Assembly (NCBI GenBank): GCA_035512495.1
Contig: DATKDW010000083.1
Coordinates: 6,045-70,044, forward strand
Reading direction: 5' to 3'
DNA: 64,000 nt
Source of the DNA: Acidimicrobiales bacterium
Lineage (GTDB): Bacteria > Actinomycetota > Acidimicrobiia > Acidimicrobiales > CADCSY01
In this document: in pieces, positions 43,260 through 53,107 of the stretch
Position numbering within the stretch: the first letter of the stretch is position 1
Layout: each line of letters opens with the position of its first letter
Made by a program: the position numbers and the translations under genes
Notes under the pieces: model-generated
Database searches by the model: none
Told to the model about the DNA's origin: nothing
Seen by the model: the letters and a program-made list of their open reading frames with translations, nothing else

Positions 43260-46200
43260 ATGCGCCCCCTGACCGAACGTGACGCCTGTGGCATCGGCTT
43301 CGTGGCCGACGCCCACGGTCGCTCCAGCCGGGAGATCGTCACCGCCGCCCTCGGGGGCCTCGCCTGCGTGAAGCACCGCGGCGCCGTCGCCGCCGACGCC
43401 CGCTCGGCCGACGGTGCCGGCGTGCTCGTCCCCATCCCCGCCGCCATCTTCGGCGAGGGCAACGGCGTCGCGAGCCTCTTCGTGCGCGGCGACGTCGACC
43501 CCCGTCCTGCCATCGAGGCTGCCGCCACCGAGGAGGGTCTTGCCATCGTCGACTGGCGGGAGCCGCCGACCGACGACGCCCACCTCGGCGACCAGGCCCG
43601 CCGGGCCCGCCCGGCCATGCTCCAGGCCACCTTCACCTCGCCCGGCGACACCACCGACCGGGCCCACGAGATCGCCGCCTACCGCTTCCGCCGGCGCATG
43701 GGCACCACCGAGGGCGTCTACGTGGTGTCGTGCTCGTTCCGCACCGTCGTGTACAAGGGCCTCGCCGCCGCCGACGCCGTCGGCGACTTCTACCTCGACC
43801 TCGCCGACGAGCGCTTCGCCGCGCCCTTCACGATCTTCCACCAGCGCTTCTCCACCAACACCGCGCCGTCGTGGGAGCGGGCCCAGCCGTTCCGGATGAT
43901 CTGCCACAACGGCGAGATCAACGCCATCCAGGGCAACCACCATCGCATGCTCGCCCGGGCCGAGCTCGGGACCGAGGCGGCCGGGCTCGGGGCCGAGGGG
44001 CTCTTCCGGCCGCTGCTCGACCCCGAGGACTCCGACTCCGGCATGCTCGACGCCGCCGTCGAGCTGCTGGTGCGCGCAGGCCGCGACCCCCGCCACGCCG
44101 TGGCCATGCTCGTGCCGGAGGCGTGGGAGAACACCCGTGACCTCGACCCCGACGTCCGAGGGTTCTACCGCTACCACTCCGCCCTCATGGAGCCCTGGGA
44201 CGGGCCGGCCGGGCTCGTGTTCACCGACGGCCTCGGGGTCGGTGCTTCGCTCGACCGCAACGGCCTCCGACCGCTGCGCTACGCCGCCTGCGAGGACGGC
44301 TTCATCGCCGTGTGCTCCGAGGTCGGCGCCGTCGACGTGTCGGGCCACGGAAGCGTCACCCGGGGGCGCCTCGGACCCGGCCAGATGCTCTTCGTCGACC
44401 CCGCCAGAGGGCTGCAGCTCGACGCCGAGATCAAGGTGCGCATCGCTGCAGGCTCGTACGCCCGCTGGGCCGCCGACGGCTTCCGGGACCTCTCCCGCGG
44501 GGCGCCACTCGTCGACACCCCCGGGCCCGACGAGCTCGCCCGCCGCCAGGCGGCCCACGGCTACACCAAGGAGGAGCTGGCCATGGTGCTCAAGCCCATG
44601 GCCTCCGACGCCCACGAGCCCACCTTCTCCATGGGCGACGACTCCCCGCTCCCCCACCTGTCCGACCGCCCGCGACCGGTGCAGCACTACCTTCGACAGC
44701 GCTTCGCCCAGGTCACCAACCCGCCGATCGACCCGGTGCGCGAGCGCCGCGTCATGACGCTGCGCACGCTGCTCGGGCCCCGTCAGCCGATCCTCACCGA
44801 GAGCGCCGACGCGGCCCGGATCCTCACCCTGCGGTCGTTCTTCCTGTACCCGAGCGGTGTCGACCAGCTCTACGACGAGGACCGCTGCCCGTTCATCACC
44901 ATCCCCCTCGACGCCACCTTCCCCGTGGCCGACGGACCCGCGGGCCTCCGGTCGGCCGTGGAGCGGATGTGCGACAACGCCGTCGCCGCCGTCCGCGGCG
45001 GGACGGGCATCCTCATCATCGACGACAGCGCGGTCGGCCCAGAGCGTGCCGCCGTCCCGTCGATCCTCGCCTCCGGCGCCGTGCACCAGCGCCTCATCGC
45101 CGAGAAGCTGCGGTCGCGCACGAGCCTGGTCGTCGTCAGCGACAGCGCCCGCGAGACCCACGAGTTCGCGGCACTGCTCGGCTACGGCGCCGACGCCATC
45201 TGCCCCCGCCTGGCGCTGCAGACCGTGGCCTCGGAGGCCGACGCCGACGACAGCGGCGACGTGGTCAGCCCCGAGGCCCAGCACCGCTTCCAGTCGGCCA
45301 TCGAGGAGGGGGTGCTCAAGATCCTGTCGAAGATGGGGATCTCGACCATCGACTCCTACCGCGGCGCCCAGATCTTCGAGGTCATCGGCCTCGGCGCCGA
45401 GGTGGTCGACGTGTGCTTCACCGGCTCGGCATCCGTCGTCGGGGGCGTCGGCTGGGACGACCTCGGCGCCGACTCCCTCACCAACCACGCCGCCGCCTTC
45501 CCGGCCGACGCCGAGACCGCCGTCGAGCTCACCTCCCCCGGCTTCTACCGGGTGCGCAAGAACGGCGACTACCACGGCAAGAGCAAGGAGGTCGTCGACG
45601 CCCTCAACGACCTGTCGCTGGTCAAGGAGACCGAGGAGATGGCGGCCGCCCACCTCCTCCAGCGCGCCATCAAGGGCGACGACTACGACCTGTACGAGCG
45701 CTTCTCGACCATGGTCAACGAGCGGCCGGCGACCGAGCTCGCCGACCTGCTCGAGCTGGTCCCCCTCGAGACCGGTCCCGTCCCCGTCGACGACGTCGAG
45801 CCGGCATCGGAGATCGCCAAGCGCTTCTCCACCGGCGCCATGTCGCACGGCGCGCTGTCCAAGGAGGCCCACGAGACCCTCGCCGAGGCCATGAACCTCA
45901 TCGGCGCCAGCTCCAACTGCGGCGAGGGTGGCGAGGCCCCCGAGCGCTTCCGCACGCGGGGCCAGGCCACCGGCGACAAGAACTCCAAGATCAAGCAGAT
46001 CGCCTCCGGCCGCTTCGGCGTGACCCCGGAGTACGTGGCCTACGCCGACGAGCTCCAGATCAAGATGGCCCAGGGCTCCAAGCCCGGCGAGGGCGGCCAG
46101 CTGCCGGGCCACAAGGTCTCGGAGGAGATCGCCCGCCTCCGCCACACCCAGCCGGGCGTGGCGCTCATCTCGCCACCGCCGCACCACGACATCTACTCCA

Positions 46201-47693
46201 TCGAGGACCTCGCCCAGCTGATCTACGACCTCAAGCAGGTCAACGGGGCCGACGTCTCCGTGAAGCTCGTCGCCGGCGACGGCGTGGGCACCATCGCTGC
46301 CGGCGTGGTCAAGGCGCTGGCCGATGTCGTCCACATCTCCGGTGCCAACGGCGGCACCGGCGCCTCGCCGCTCTCGTCGATCAAGCACGCCGGCATGCCG
46401 TGGGAGATCGGCCTGGCCGAGATCCAGCAGGTGCTGGTGGCCAACCAGCTGCGCGACCGGGTGCGGGTCCGGGTCGACGGCGGGTTCATGACCGGGCGCC
46501 ATGTCGCCATCGCCGCCCTCCTCGGCGCCGACGAGTACTCCTTCGGCACCGCCGCCATGATCGCCGAGGGCTGCATCATGCTCAGGGCGTGCCACCGCGA
46601 CACCTGCAAGCCGGGCATCGCCACCCAGCGCCCCAACCTGCGGGCCAACTTCACCGGCACCCCTGAGGGGGTGGCCGCCTACTTCCTGTACATCGCCGAC
46701 GAGGTCCGCCACCTGCTGGCCTCACTGGGGCTCCGGTCGCTCGACGAGGCCATCGGGCGCGTCGAGTGCCTCCGCCAGCGCGCCGTGGGCGATGCCCGCG
46801 CCGATTCCGTCGACCTGGCTCCTCTGCTCGAGGCGCCGGAGGACCTCGAGGCGGTCCGCCACTTCGTGGCCACCGACCCCATCCAGAAGGCCCGGTCCGA
46901 CCTCGGCGACCGGCTGCTCGCCGACGCCTTCCGCGCCATCTGGGACGGCGACGACATCGAGCTCGAGTACGAGATCCGCAACGCCGACCGCGCCATCGGA
47001 GCCGCCCTCGGAGGTGCCGTGGCCCTCGAGTACGGCGAGCTGTCGCCTCGGGGCACCGCCGCCGTGCGATTCCGTGGCTCGGCCGGTCAGAGCCTCGGCG
47101 CCTTCCTCACCAACGGCGTCGAGATCGAGCTCGTCGGCGAGGCGAACGACTACGTCGGCAAGGGCATGGGCGGTGGCCGGATCGTGATCATCCCGCCGTC
47201 CGACGACGCCGGCGACCCCGTGCTCGCCGGCAACACCTGCCTCTACGGCGCCACCGGCGGCGACCTGTTCATCGCCGGCGCCGCCGGCGAGCGCTTCGCC
47301 GTCCGCAACTCCGGCGCCACCGCCGTGGTGGAGGGCACCGGTGACCACTGCTGCGAGTACATGACCGGCGGGACCGTCGTCGTCCTCGGCGAGGTCGGCT
47401 ACAACCTCGGCGCCGGCATGACCGGCGGGGAGGCGTTCGTCTTCGACCCCAACACCCAGCTCATGTCCCGGCTCAACGCCGCCCTCGTCGAGGCCGAGCG
47501 ACCCGATGCCGAGTCGCTGACCGAGCTGCGCTGGCTCGTGGAGCGCCACGCCGAGCTCACCGGCTCCACCCGGGCGGCCGAGCTGCTCAAGGACTGGGAC
47601 GCGGCCGAGGAGCACTTCTGGCACGTCCTGCCCGTCGACCGCGTCCGCCGCATCGAGCAGCAGTCCGCCGTCCGGGTGGCCTCCACCAGCTGA
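43260..47693 (+). CDS. gltB: glutamate synthase large subunit
   Basis: 1477 aa. The N-terminal amidotransferase is RDACGIGFVA (Cys1 after processing). The FMN/Fe-S region and the C-terminal GXGXG domain are present. GGAGGAG lies before the ATG. Confidence 0.95.
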   Translation: MRPLTERDACGIGFVADAHGRSSREIVTAALGGLACVKHRGAVAADARSADGAGVLVPIPAAIFGEGNGVASLFVRGDVDPRPAIEAAATEEGLAIVDWREPPTDDAHLGDQARRARPAMLQATFTSPGDTTDRAHEIAAYRFRRRMGTTEGVYVVSCSFRTVVYKGLAAADAVGDFYLDLADERFAAPFTIFHQRFSTNTAPSWERAQPFRMICHNGEINAIQGNHHRMLARAELGTEAAGLGAEGLFRPLLDPEDSDSGMLDAAVELLVRAGRDPRHAVAMLVPEAWENTRDLDPDVRGFYRYHSALMEPWDGPAGLVFTDGLGVGASLDRNGLRPLRYAACEDGFIAVCSEVGAVDVSGHGSVTRGRLGPGQMLFVDPARGLQLDAEIKVRIAAGSYARWAADGFRDLSRGAPLVDTPGPDELARRQAAHGYTKEELAMVLKPMASDAHEPTFSMGDDSPLPHLSDRPRPVQHYLRQRFAQVTNPPIDPVRERRVMTLRTLLGPRQPILTESADAARILTLRSFFLYPSGVDQLYDEDRCPFITIPLDATFPVADGPAGLRSAVERMCDNAVAAVRGGTGILIIDDSAVGPERAAVPSILASGAVHQRLIAEKLRSRTSLVVVSDSARETHEFAALLGYGADAICPRLALQTVASEADADDSGDVVSPEAQHRFQSAIEEGVLKILSKMGISTIDSYRGAQIFEVIGLGAEVVDVCFTGSASVVGGVGWDDLGADSLTNHAAAFPADAETAVELTSPGFYRVRKNGDYHGKSKEVVDALNDLSLVKETEEMAAAHLLQRAIKGDDYDLYERFSTMVNERPATELADLLELVPLETGPVPVDDVEPASEIAKRFSTGAMSHGALSKEAHETLAEAMNLIGASSNCGEGGEAPERFRTRGQATGDKNSKIKQIASGRFGVTPEYVAYADELQIKMAQGSKPGEGGQLPGHKVSEEIARLRHTQPGVALISPPPHHDIYSIEDLAQLIYDLKQVNGADVSVKLVAGDGVGTIAAGVVKALADVVHISGANGGTGASPLSSIKHAGMPWEIGLAEIQQVLVANQLRDRVRVRVDGGFMTGRHVAIAALLGADEYSFGTAAMIAEGCIMLRACHRDTCKPGIATQRPNLRANFTGTPEGVAAYFLYIADEVRHLLASLGLRSLDEAIGRVECLRQRAVGDARADSVDLAPLLEAPEDLEAVRHFVATDPIQKARSDLGDRLLADAFRAIWDGDDIELEYEIRNADRAIGAALGGAVALEYGELSPRGTAAVRFRGSAGQSLGAFLTNGVEIELVGEANDYVGKGMGGGRIVIIPPSDDAGDPVLAGNTCLYGATGGDLFIAGAAGERFAVRNSGATAVVEGTGDHCCEYMTGGTVVVLGEVGYNLGAGMTGGEAFVFDPNTQLMSRLNAALVEAERPDAESLTELRWLVERHAELTGSTRAAELLKDWDAAEEHFWHVLPVDRVRRIEQQSAVRVASTS

Positions 47694-47711
47694 CCTTCGG
47701 TCGGCGCCGGT

Positions 47712-48314
47712 TCAGGCGCTGGAGGGCGTGAGGGTGGTGACGGGGAGGCCGCTGCGGTGCTCGAGGCGCTTGGGCAGGTCGACGTCGAGCCACCGCGACA
47801 GTGCCGGGGGCAGCGTGGACAGCACGATCTCGTCGAACTCCTCGTCGGCCAGGAGCCGGGTGACGGCCACGAACGGATCGGGGTGCCCGATGCGGCCGTC
47901 GGCGTCGATGCCGGCATCGTGCAGGCGGTCGAGCGTGGTGCGGAGCCTCCAGCGGGCGGTGGCGAGGCCGACATCGTCGCCGGCAGCGGCACTCTCGGGA
48001 GGCGGCACCGTCCCGCTCGGCGGCGAGGCATGGTGGGCGGAATGGGTGGCGGGCACGAGGACCGTGAGGCGCACCGGCCCCGCCTGGGCGCGGGCGCGCA
48101 CCTCGTCGACCAGCCGCTCGTCGCCCAGCGTCTGGTTGGCCACGAGGAGGATGCGCTGGCGATCGGTGTCGACGCGGGCGGATCGGGCCGGGTAGCGGTA
48201 GCGGTCGAAGGTGTCCGGGTCGGCATGGTGATCGCGCCCGAAGTGGTCGCGCAGCTCGGCGCTGTTGGCGAAGCGGAGCTCGCAGCGTGGGCACTGGTGC
48301 ACATCGATCGACAT
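47712..48314 (-). CDS. C2H2 zinc-finger N-terminus fused to a USP-like (adenine-nucleotide alpha-hydrolase-like) domain
   Basis: CPRCELRFANSAELRDHFGRDH fits C-X2-C-X3-F-X5-L-X2-H-X4-H. The following RILLVANQTLGDERLVDEV...VRLTVLVPA...DEIVLSTLP resembles a USP-like fold. Confidence 0.6.
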   Translation of the reverse strand: MSIDVHQCPRCELRFANSAELRDHFGRDHHADPDTFDRYRYPARSARVDTDRQRILLVANQTLGDERLVDEVRARAQAGPVRLTVLVPATHSAHHASPPSGTVPPPESAAAGDDVGLATARWRLRTTLDRLHDAGIDADGRIGHPDPFVAVTRLLADEEFDEIVLSTLPPALSRWLDVDLPKRLEHRSGLPVTTLTPSSA

Positions 48315-48367
48315 GAGCGATCACCTCCGCCCGTCAGGATACTGATCCCGCCGGCCGGTGAGCATGG

Positions 48368-49105
48368 CTACTCGACGAGGCGGATCCCCGTGGGGGCGAT
48401 CGACGGCGCCGAGGTCGACAGCTCGACCACGAACTCGGTGCGATGCGCCGGGAAGACGTGCTCGCTGACCAGCACCGGCTCCCCCGACACCGAGGTGGTG
48501 ACCCGCCAGCACCGCAGCAGCGGCGAGCCCGCCGGCACCTCGAGCACGGCGGCGTCGTCAGCTGGGGCTGCCACCGCTCCGATCACCTGGCTGGCGCCGC
48601 CCAGCTCGATGCCGAGCAGCTCGTAGAACGGCGAGCGCTCCACGTCGGCCCTCGACAGCTCGGCGCCGAGCGCCTCCGGGCACCACACCGTCACCCGGGC
48701 GAAGGGGTTCCCGTCGGCCAGGTTCACCCGACGGACCTGGAGCACCGGCCCTTCCCCCAGCACGGCCGCCACCGGCGCGGGGGCGGCGACGAAGGCGAAA
48801 CCGAGCACGCGCCGCTCGGGCACGACACCCGAGGCCGCGAGCTGGGCCTCGATGGTGCCGAGCCGCCCCAGTGACTGGCGGAGGGGGTCGACGGCGGCGA
48901 ACCACCCGAAGCCCTGGCGGGAGTCGACCAGGCCGGCGGTGCGCAGGTGCTCGAGCGCTCTGCGGACCGTGACGCGGCTGGCACCGTAGGCTGCGGAGAG
49001 CTCGGACTCGCTGGGCAGGAGGCGCCCGGCGGGGAACTCACCCGCGAGGAGCCTGGCCGACAGCTCGTCGGCGATCTCCCGGTACCGCACCCGTCGCGCC
49101 TCCAC
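48368..49105 (-). CDS. GntR-family transcriptional regulator, HutC/UTRA subfamily
   Basis: [31 protein letters not shown] is the winged HTH. The C-terminus is UTRA-like. Confidence 0.85.
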   Translation of the reverse strand: MEARRVRYREIADELSARLLAGEFPAGRLLPSESELSAAYGASRVTVRRALEHLRTAGLVDSRQGFGWFAAVDPLRQSLGRLGTIEAQLAASGVVPERRVLGFAFVAAPAPVAAVLGEGPVLQVRRVNLADGNPFARVTVWCPEALGAELSRADVERSPFYELLGIELGGASQVIGAVAAPADDAAVLEVPAGSPLLRCWRVTTSVSGEPVLVSEHVFPAHRTEFVVELSTSAPSIAPTGIRLVE

Positions 49106-49127
49106 TTGTCCTATACTTGTCTACATT
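49104..49127. promoter_or_regulatory. AT-rich tandem GT-N-AC type motif; candidate GntR operator and -10 region
   Basis: ACTTGTCCTATACTTGTCTACATT has two copies of CTTGTC(C)TA(T/C)A at the GntR start codon, 46 nt upstream of the aconitase ATG. It is the most AT-rich stretch in this neighbourhood. Confidence 0.4.
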
Positions 49128-49172
49128 CGGGTCGGACGCAACGCCGGCAGCACAGACCACGAGGAGCACACC

Positions 49173-51449
49173 ATGGCCGTGACCGCAGGGACGCCGATCG
49201 AGCTGATCGAACAGGTCTACGGGACCCTCGACGAGCGCGTGGCCGCCGGGCGGGAGCGCCTCGGCCCGCTCACACTGACCGAGAAGATCCTCGTCAACCA
49301 CCTGAGCGACCCCGGCCAGGAGATCGAGCGGGGCCGCTCCTACGTCGACTTCCAGCCCGACCGCGTGGCCATGCAGGACGCCACCGCCCAGATGGCGCTG
49401 CTCCAGTTCATGACCGCCGGCCTGCCCGAGGTGGCGGTGCCCTCCACCGTGCACTGCGACCACCTCATCCAGGCCCGCACCGGCGCAGGCGACGACCTCG
49501 CCTTCGCCCTCGACGTCAACTCCGAGGTCTACGAGTTCCTGCGCACCGTGTCGGCCAAGTACGGCGTGGGCTTCTGGAAGCCCGGCAGCGGGATCATCCA
49601 CCAGGTCGTGCTCGAGAACTACGCGTTCCCCGGCGGCATGATGATCGGCACCGACAGCCACACCCCCAACGCCGGGGGCCTCGGCATGGTCGCCATCGGC
49701 GTTGGCGGCGCCGACGCCGTCGACGTCATGACCGGGTTCCCGTTCAACGTGCGGGCCCCCCGAGTCATCGGCGTGCACCTCACCGGCGAGCTCAGCGGCT
49801 GGGCCTCGGCCAAGGACGTGATCCTCAAGGTGGCCGACGTCCTCACCGTCGCCGGCGGCACCGGCGCCATCGTCGAGTACATCGGCCCCGGCGCCGCCAC
49901 CATCAGCGCCACCGGCAAGGCCACCATCTGCAACATGGGCGCCGAGATCGGCGCCACCACCTCGCTGTTCGGCTACGACGCCGCCATGGCCCGCTACCTG
50001 AAGTCCACTGGCCGCGAGGAGATCGCCGACCGGGCCGACGCGGTGGCCCACCACCTCCGACCCGACGACGAGGTGCTGACCGAGCCGGCGAAGTTCTACG
50101 ACCGGGTGGTCGAGATCGACCTCTCCACCCTCGAGCCGGCCATCAACGGCCCCCACACCCCCGACCTGCGCCACACCGTCAGCGAGATCGGCGCGGCCGC
50201 CAAGGAGGCAGGCTGGCCCCTCACCATCAGCAGCGCCCTGGTGGGTAGCTGCACCAACAGCTCCTACGAGGACATCACCCGGGCAGCCAGCCTCGCCCGC
50301 CAGGCATCGGCCCGCGGCCTGCGGTCCCGCACCCCGCTGCTCATCACCCCCGGCTCCGAGCAGGTGCGCGCCACCATCGAACGCGACGGCCTGCTGGCCG
50401 ACCTCGAGGCCATCGGCGCCCAGGTGCTGGCCAACGCCTGCGGGCCGTGCATCGGCCAGTGGGACCGCACCGACGTCGCCGAGGGCGAGGTCAACGTCAT
50501 CATCAACAGCTACAACCGCAACTTCCCGAAGCGCAACGACGGCAACGCCGCCACCCTCGCCTTCGTGACCTCACCCGAGACGGTCGTGGCCTATGCCCTC
50601 GCCGGCACCCTCGACTTCAACCCCATGACCGACCCGATCCCCGACGCCGACGGCGGCGAGGGCACGCTCCTCGACCCGCCCGTGGGCGAGGAGCTCCCCT
50701 CGGCCGGCTTCGACGCCGGTGAGTCGGGCTTCATCGCCCCCTCGGCGCTCGGCGCGTCCGTCGCCGTGGCCGTCGACCCCGAGAGCGACCGCCTCCAGCT
50801 CCTGCAGCCCTTCGAGGCGTGGGACGGCAACGACTACCTCGACCTGCCCGTACTGGTGAAGGCCCAGGGCAAGTGCACCACCGACCACATCTCGGCGGCC
50901 GGTCCGTGGCTGAAGTACCGCGGCCACCTCGAGAACATCACCGGCAACCTGTTCCTCGGGGCGGTCAACGCCTTCACCGGCGAGGCCGGCGTGGGCAAGG
51001 ACCAGCTCGACGGCGAGCTCCGTCCGTTCCCCGAGATCGCCAAGCGCTACCACGAGGCCGGCCAGCCCTGGGTGGCCGTCGGCGACCAGAACTACGGCGA
51101 GGGCTCGTCGCGCGAGCACGCCGCCATGGAGCCGAGGTACCGCAACGGCAAGGTGGTCTTCGCCCGCTCCTTCGCCCGCATCCACGAGACCAACCTCAAG
51201 AAGCAAGGCATGCTCGGCCTCACCTTCGCCGACCCGGTCACCTACGACCAGATCGGTGAGGACGACCGCATCTCGGTGCTCGGCCTGGCCGACCTGGCCC
51301 CCGACGTGGCGGTGCGGTGCCGCATCACCAAGCCCGACGGCACCACCGTCGACTTCGAGGCCACCCACACCCTCTCCCCCGACCAGATCGAGTGGTTCCG
51401 GGCCGGCAGCGCCCTCAACGTCATCCGCCGGCGCGTGGCCGACGCGTAG
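49173..51449 (+). CDS. acn: aconitate hydratase (about 758 aa, short mitochondrial-like type)
   Basis: [41 protein letters not shown] and [10 protein letters not shown] (cluster cysteines), plus [16 protein letters not shown] lies before the ATG. Confidence 0.9.
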   Translation: MAVTAGTPIELIEQVYGTLDERVAAGRERLGPLTLTEKILVNHLSDPGQEIERGRSYVDFQPDRVAMQDATAQMALLQFMTAGLPEVAVPSTVHCDHLIQARTGAGDDLAFALDVNSEVYEFLRTVSAKYGVGFWKPGSGIIHQVVLENYAFPGGMMIGTDSHTPNAGGLGMVAIGVGGADAVDVMTGFPFNVRAPRVIGVHLTGELSGWASAKDVILKVADVLTVAGGTGAIVEYIGPGAATISATGKATICNMGAEIGATTSLFGYDAAMARYLKSTGREEIADRADAVAHHLRPDDEVLTEPAKFYDRVVEIDLSTLEPAINGPHTPDLRHTVSEIGAAAKEAGWPLTISSALVGSCTNSSYEDITRAASLARQASARGLRSRTPLLITPGSEQVRATIERDGLLADLEAIGAQVLANACGPCIGQWDRTDVAEGEVNVIINSYNRNFPKRNDGNAATLAFVTSPETVVAYALAGTLDFNPMTDPIPDADGGEGTLLDPPVGEELPSAGFDAGESGFIAPSALGASVAVAVDPESDRLQLLQPFEAWDGNDYLDLPVLVKAQGKCTTDHISAAGPWLKYRGHLENITGNLFLGAVNAFTGEAGVGKDQLDGELRPFPEIAKRYHEAGQPWVAVGDQNYGEGSSREHAAMEPRYRNGKVVFARSFARIHETNLKKQGMLGLTFADPVTYDQIGEDDRISVLGLADLAPDVAVRCRITKPDGTTVDFEATHTLSPDQIEWFRAGSALNVIRRRVADA

Positions 51450-51482
51450 CGGGGCCCGTCACCTGCCGAGTCCTGTTGCCTG

Positions 51483-52904
51483 TCAGTCGGTGCCCGGGCG
51501 GCGGGTCGTCTCGTCGGACGACCCGTCGTGGCCCGCCGGCAGCGCCCGGCGGATCTCCTCGTCGGTCGGCTCCCGGGCCACGTGGGCCTCGGGCGGGAGG
51601 AGCGCGGTGATGGCCGCCATGATCGACTTGGTGTCGACGTCGACATCGTCGCCGGCCACGTGGAACGGCGCGCCGGCTCGCACCGTCACCAGCGGCGGGC
51701 TGGTGAGGTTGAGCACGTTTGGCACCCGGGCGCTGCGGGGCCACACCCGCTCGGTGCCCCACAGCCCGAGCGGCACGATCGGTGCGCCCGACATGGCGGC
51801 GAGGCGGGCCGCCCCCCAGCGGCCGTGCAGCTCGGTGTCGTAGAAGGCCCGGCCCCGCGGGATGGTGCCTTGGGGCATCATCGCCACCAGCTCACCGGCG
51901 GCCAGGGCGCGGGCTGCCTCCACCAACGGCTCGTCGGAGCCGGTGCCCCGCTCGACGCGGATGCCGCCCATGGCACGTGCCAGCTGGCCCACGACCGGGG
52001 CGTCGAAGACCTCCTTCTTGCCGAGGAAGCGCAGCGGCCGCCCCGACCGGGCGACGGCCAGCGCCACCGCGGCGGTGTCGAAGTAGCTGCGGTGGTTGGC
52101 CACCACGATGGCGGGACCCTCGGTGGGGATGTGGTCGGTGCCGTCGATGTCGAAGCGGGCGAAGGGGAAGGCCTCCGGGCGCATGAAGGGCCGCAGCGCC
52201 TGGAACGGCTCGACCCCTGCGAGCTTGGGGACCCCGGGCGGCACGTCGAGGTGGAGCGTCGGCCAGCGGCGCACCGCGGCCAGGATCCGCAGCCGGGGGT
52301 CGGGGTTGACGGCGGTGGGGTGACCCACGGCGGAGAGGAGCGGCGTGTCGTAGATGCTGTCGGAGTACGCCCAGCTCTCGCGCAGGTCGACGCCGTGCTC
52401 CTCGGCCCACGCCCGCACCGCCGCGAGCTTGCCCGGGCCCCACACGAAGCTCCCCACGATCGATCCGTCGTAGAGGCCCTCCGGCGTGCGGCCGTACCTC
52501 GTGGCGATGACGTCGTCGAGACCCAGCGCGTCGGCGAAGGGCTTCACCATGTCGAACGGCGAGGTGGTGGCCAACACCACCGGCCGGCCGGCGAGGCGGT
52601 GCTCGTCCATGATCTCCCTGGCATAGGGCTGCACCGCCCCGGTGAGCACCTTGGCCGCCTCGGTGGCCGCCGCCACCACGGCGTCGGCAGACCATCCGGA
52701 GGCGAAGGAGGCGGCGGCCCGGGCCAGGCCCATGCCCGGCAGGGTCTCGCCCACCGCGTCGAAGAACTTGTAGATCAGGTTCTCGCCCGGGATGTCGCGG
52801 TCGGGCACGACCCCCGCCTGCTTGAGCGCGGCGGTGATGACCGGCCCGCTGGCGCCCTTGAGGATGGTCCGGTCGAGGTCGAAGAACGCTGCACCTGTGG
52901 CCAT
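51483..52904 (-). CDS. fusion protein: HAD-IB hydrolase plus lysophospholipid acyltransferase (PlsC-like)
   Basis: The N-terminus is AAFFDLDRTIL (DxD), followed by YSDSIYDTPLL. The C-terminal half has VANHRSYFD (HX4D) and MPQGTIP. Confidence 0.8.
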   Translation of the reverse strand: MATGAAFFDLDRTILKGASGPVITAALKQAGVVPDRDIPGENLIYKFFDAVGETLPGMGLARAAASFASGWSADAVVAAATEAAKVLTGAVQPYAREIMDEHRLAGRPVVLATTSPFDMVKPFADALGLDDVIATRYGRTPEGLYDGSIVGSFVWGPGKLAAVRAWAEEHGVDLRESWAYSDSIYDTPLLSAVGHPTAVNPDPRLRILAAVRRWPTLHLDVPPGVPKLAGVEPFQALRPFMRPEAFPFARFDIDGTDHIPTEGPAIVVANHRSYFDTAAVALAVARSGRPLRFLGKKEVFDAPVVGQLARAMGGIRVERGTGSDEPLVEAARALAAGELVAMMPQGTIPRGRAFYDTELHGRWGAARLAAMSGAPIVPLGLWGTERVWPRSARVPNVLNLTSPPLVTVRAGAPFHVAGDDVDVDTKSIMAAITALLPPEAHVAREPTDEEIRRALPAGHDGSSDETTRRPGTD

Positions 52905-52929
52905 GGCCCGACGCTACCTCTCACCTCTC

Positions 52930-52946
52930 CATGACCGACGGTCATG
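52930..52946. promoter_or_regulatory. perfect 17-bp palindrome upstream of the HAD-PlsC gene
   Basis: CATGACCG-A-CGGTCATG lies 26-42 bp upstream of start codon 52904. Confidence 0.35.
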
Positions 52947-53107
52947 CCGGACGCGGTGCGCCGTCAGGCCACGACGCTCCGTGATCGTGTCGTAAGTGTT
53001 CCCACGCTTCGTGGTATCACGCCCGACGGGTGGTGTTAGAACCCGCGCCAGCGGGCATAGTGGGACAAGTCCGCGAGTCGCGTGCTTCACACAAATCGGA
53101 GACCCCC

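Noticed and set aside
40473-46712. A 2079-aa ORF on the minus strand. Similar giants occur at 20033..22873, 29823..32000, 36872..39406, 54599..56944 and 32672..34204.
   Set aside because: They run antisense to genes with clear family motifs (gltB, trkH, the FAR fusion and others). Their translations are low-complexity and rich in R, G, P, A, D and H. Stop-free antisense frames are expected at over 70% GC.
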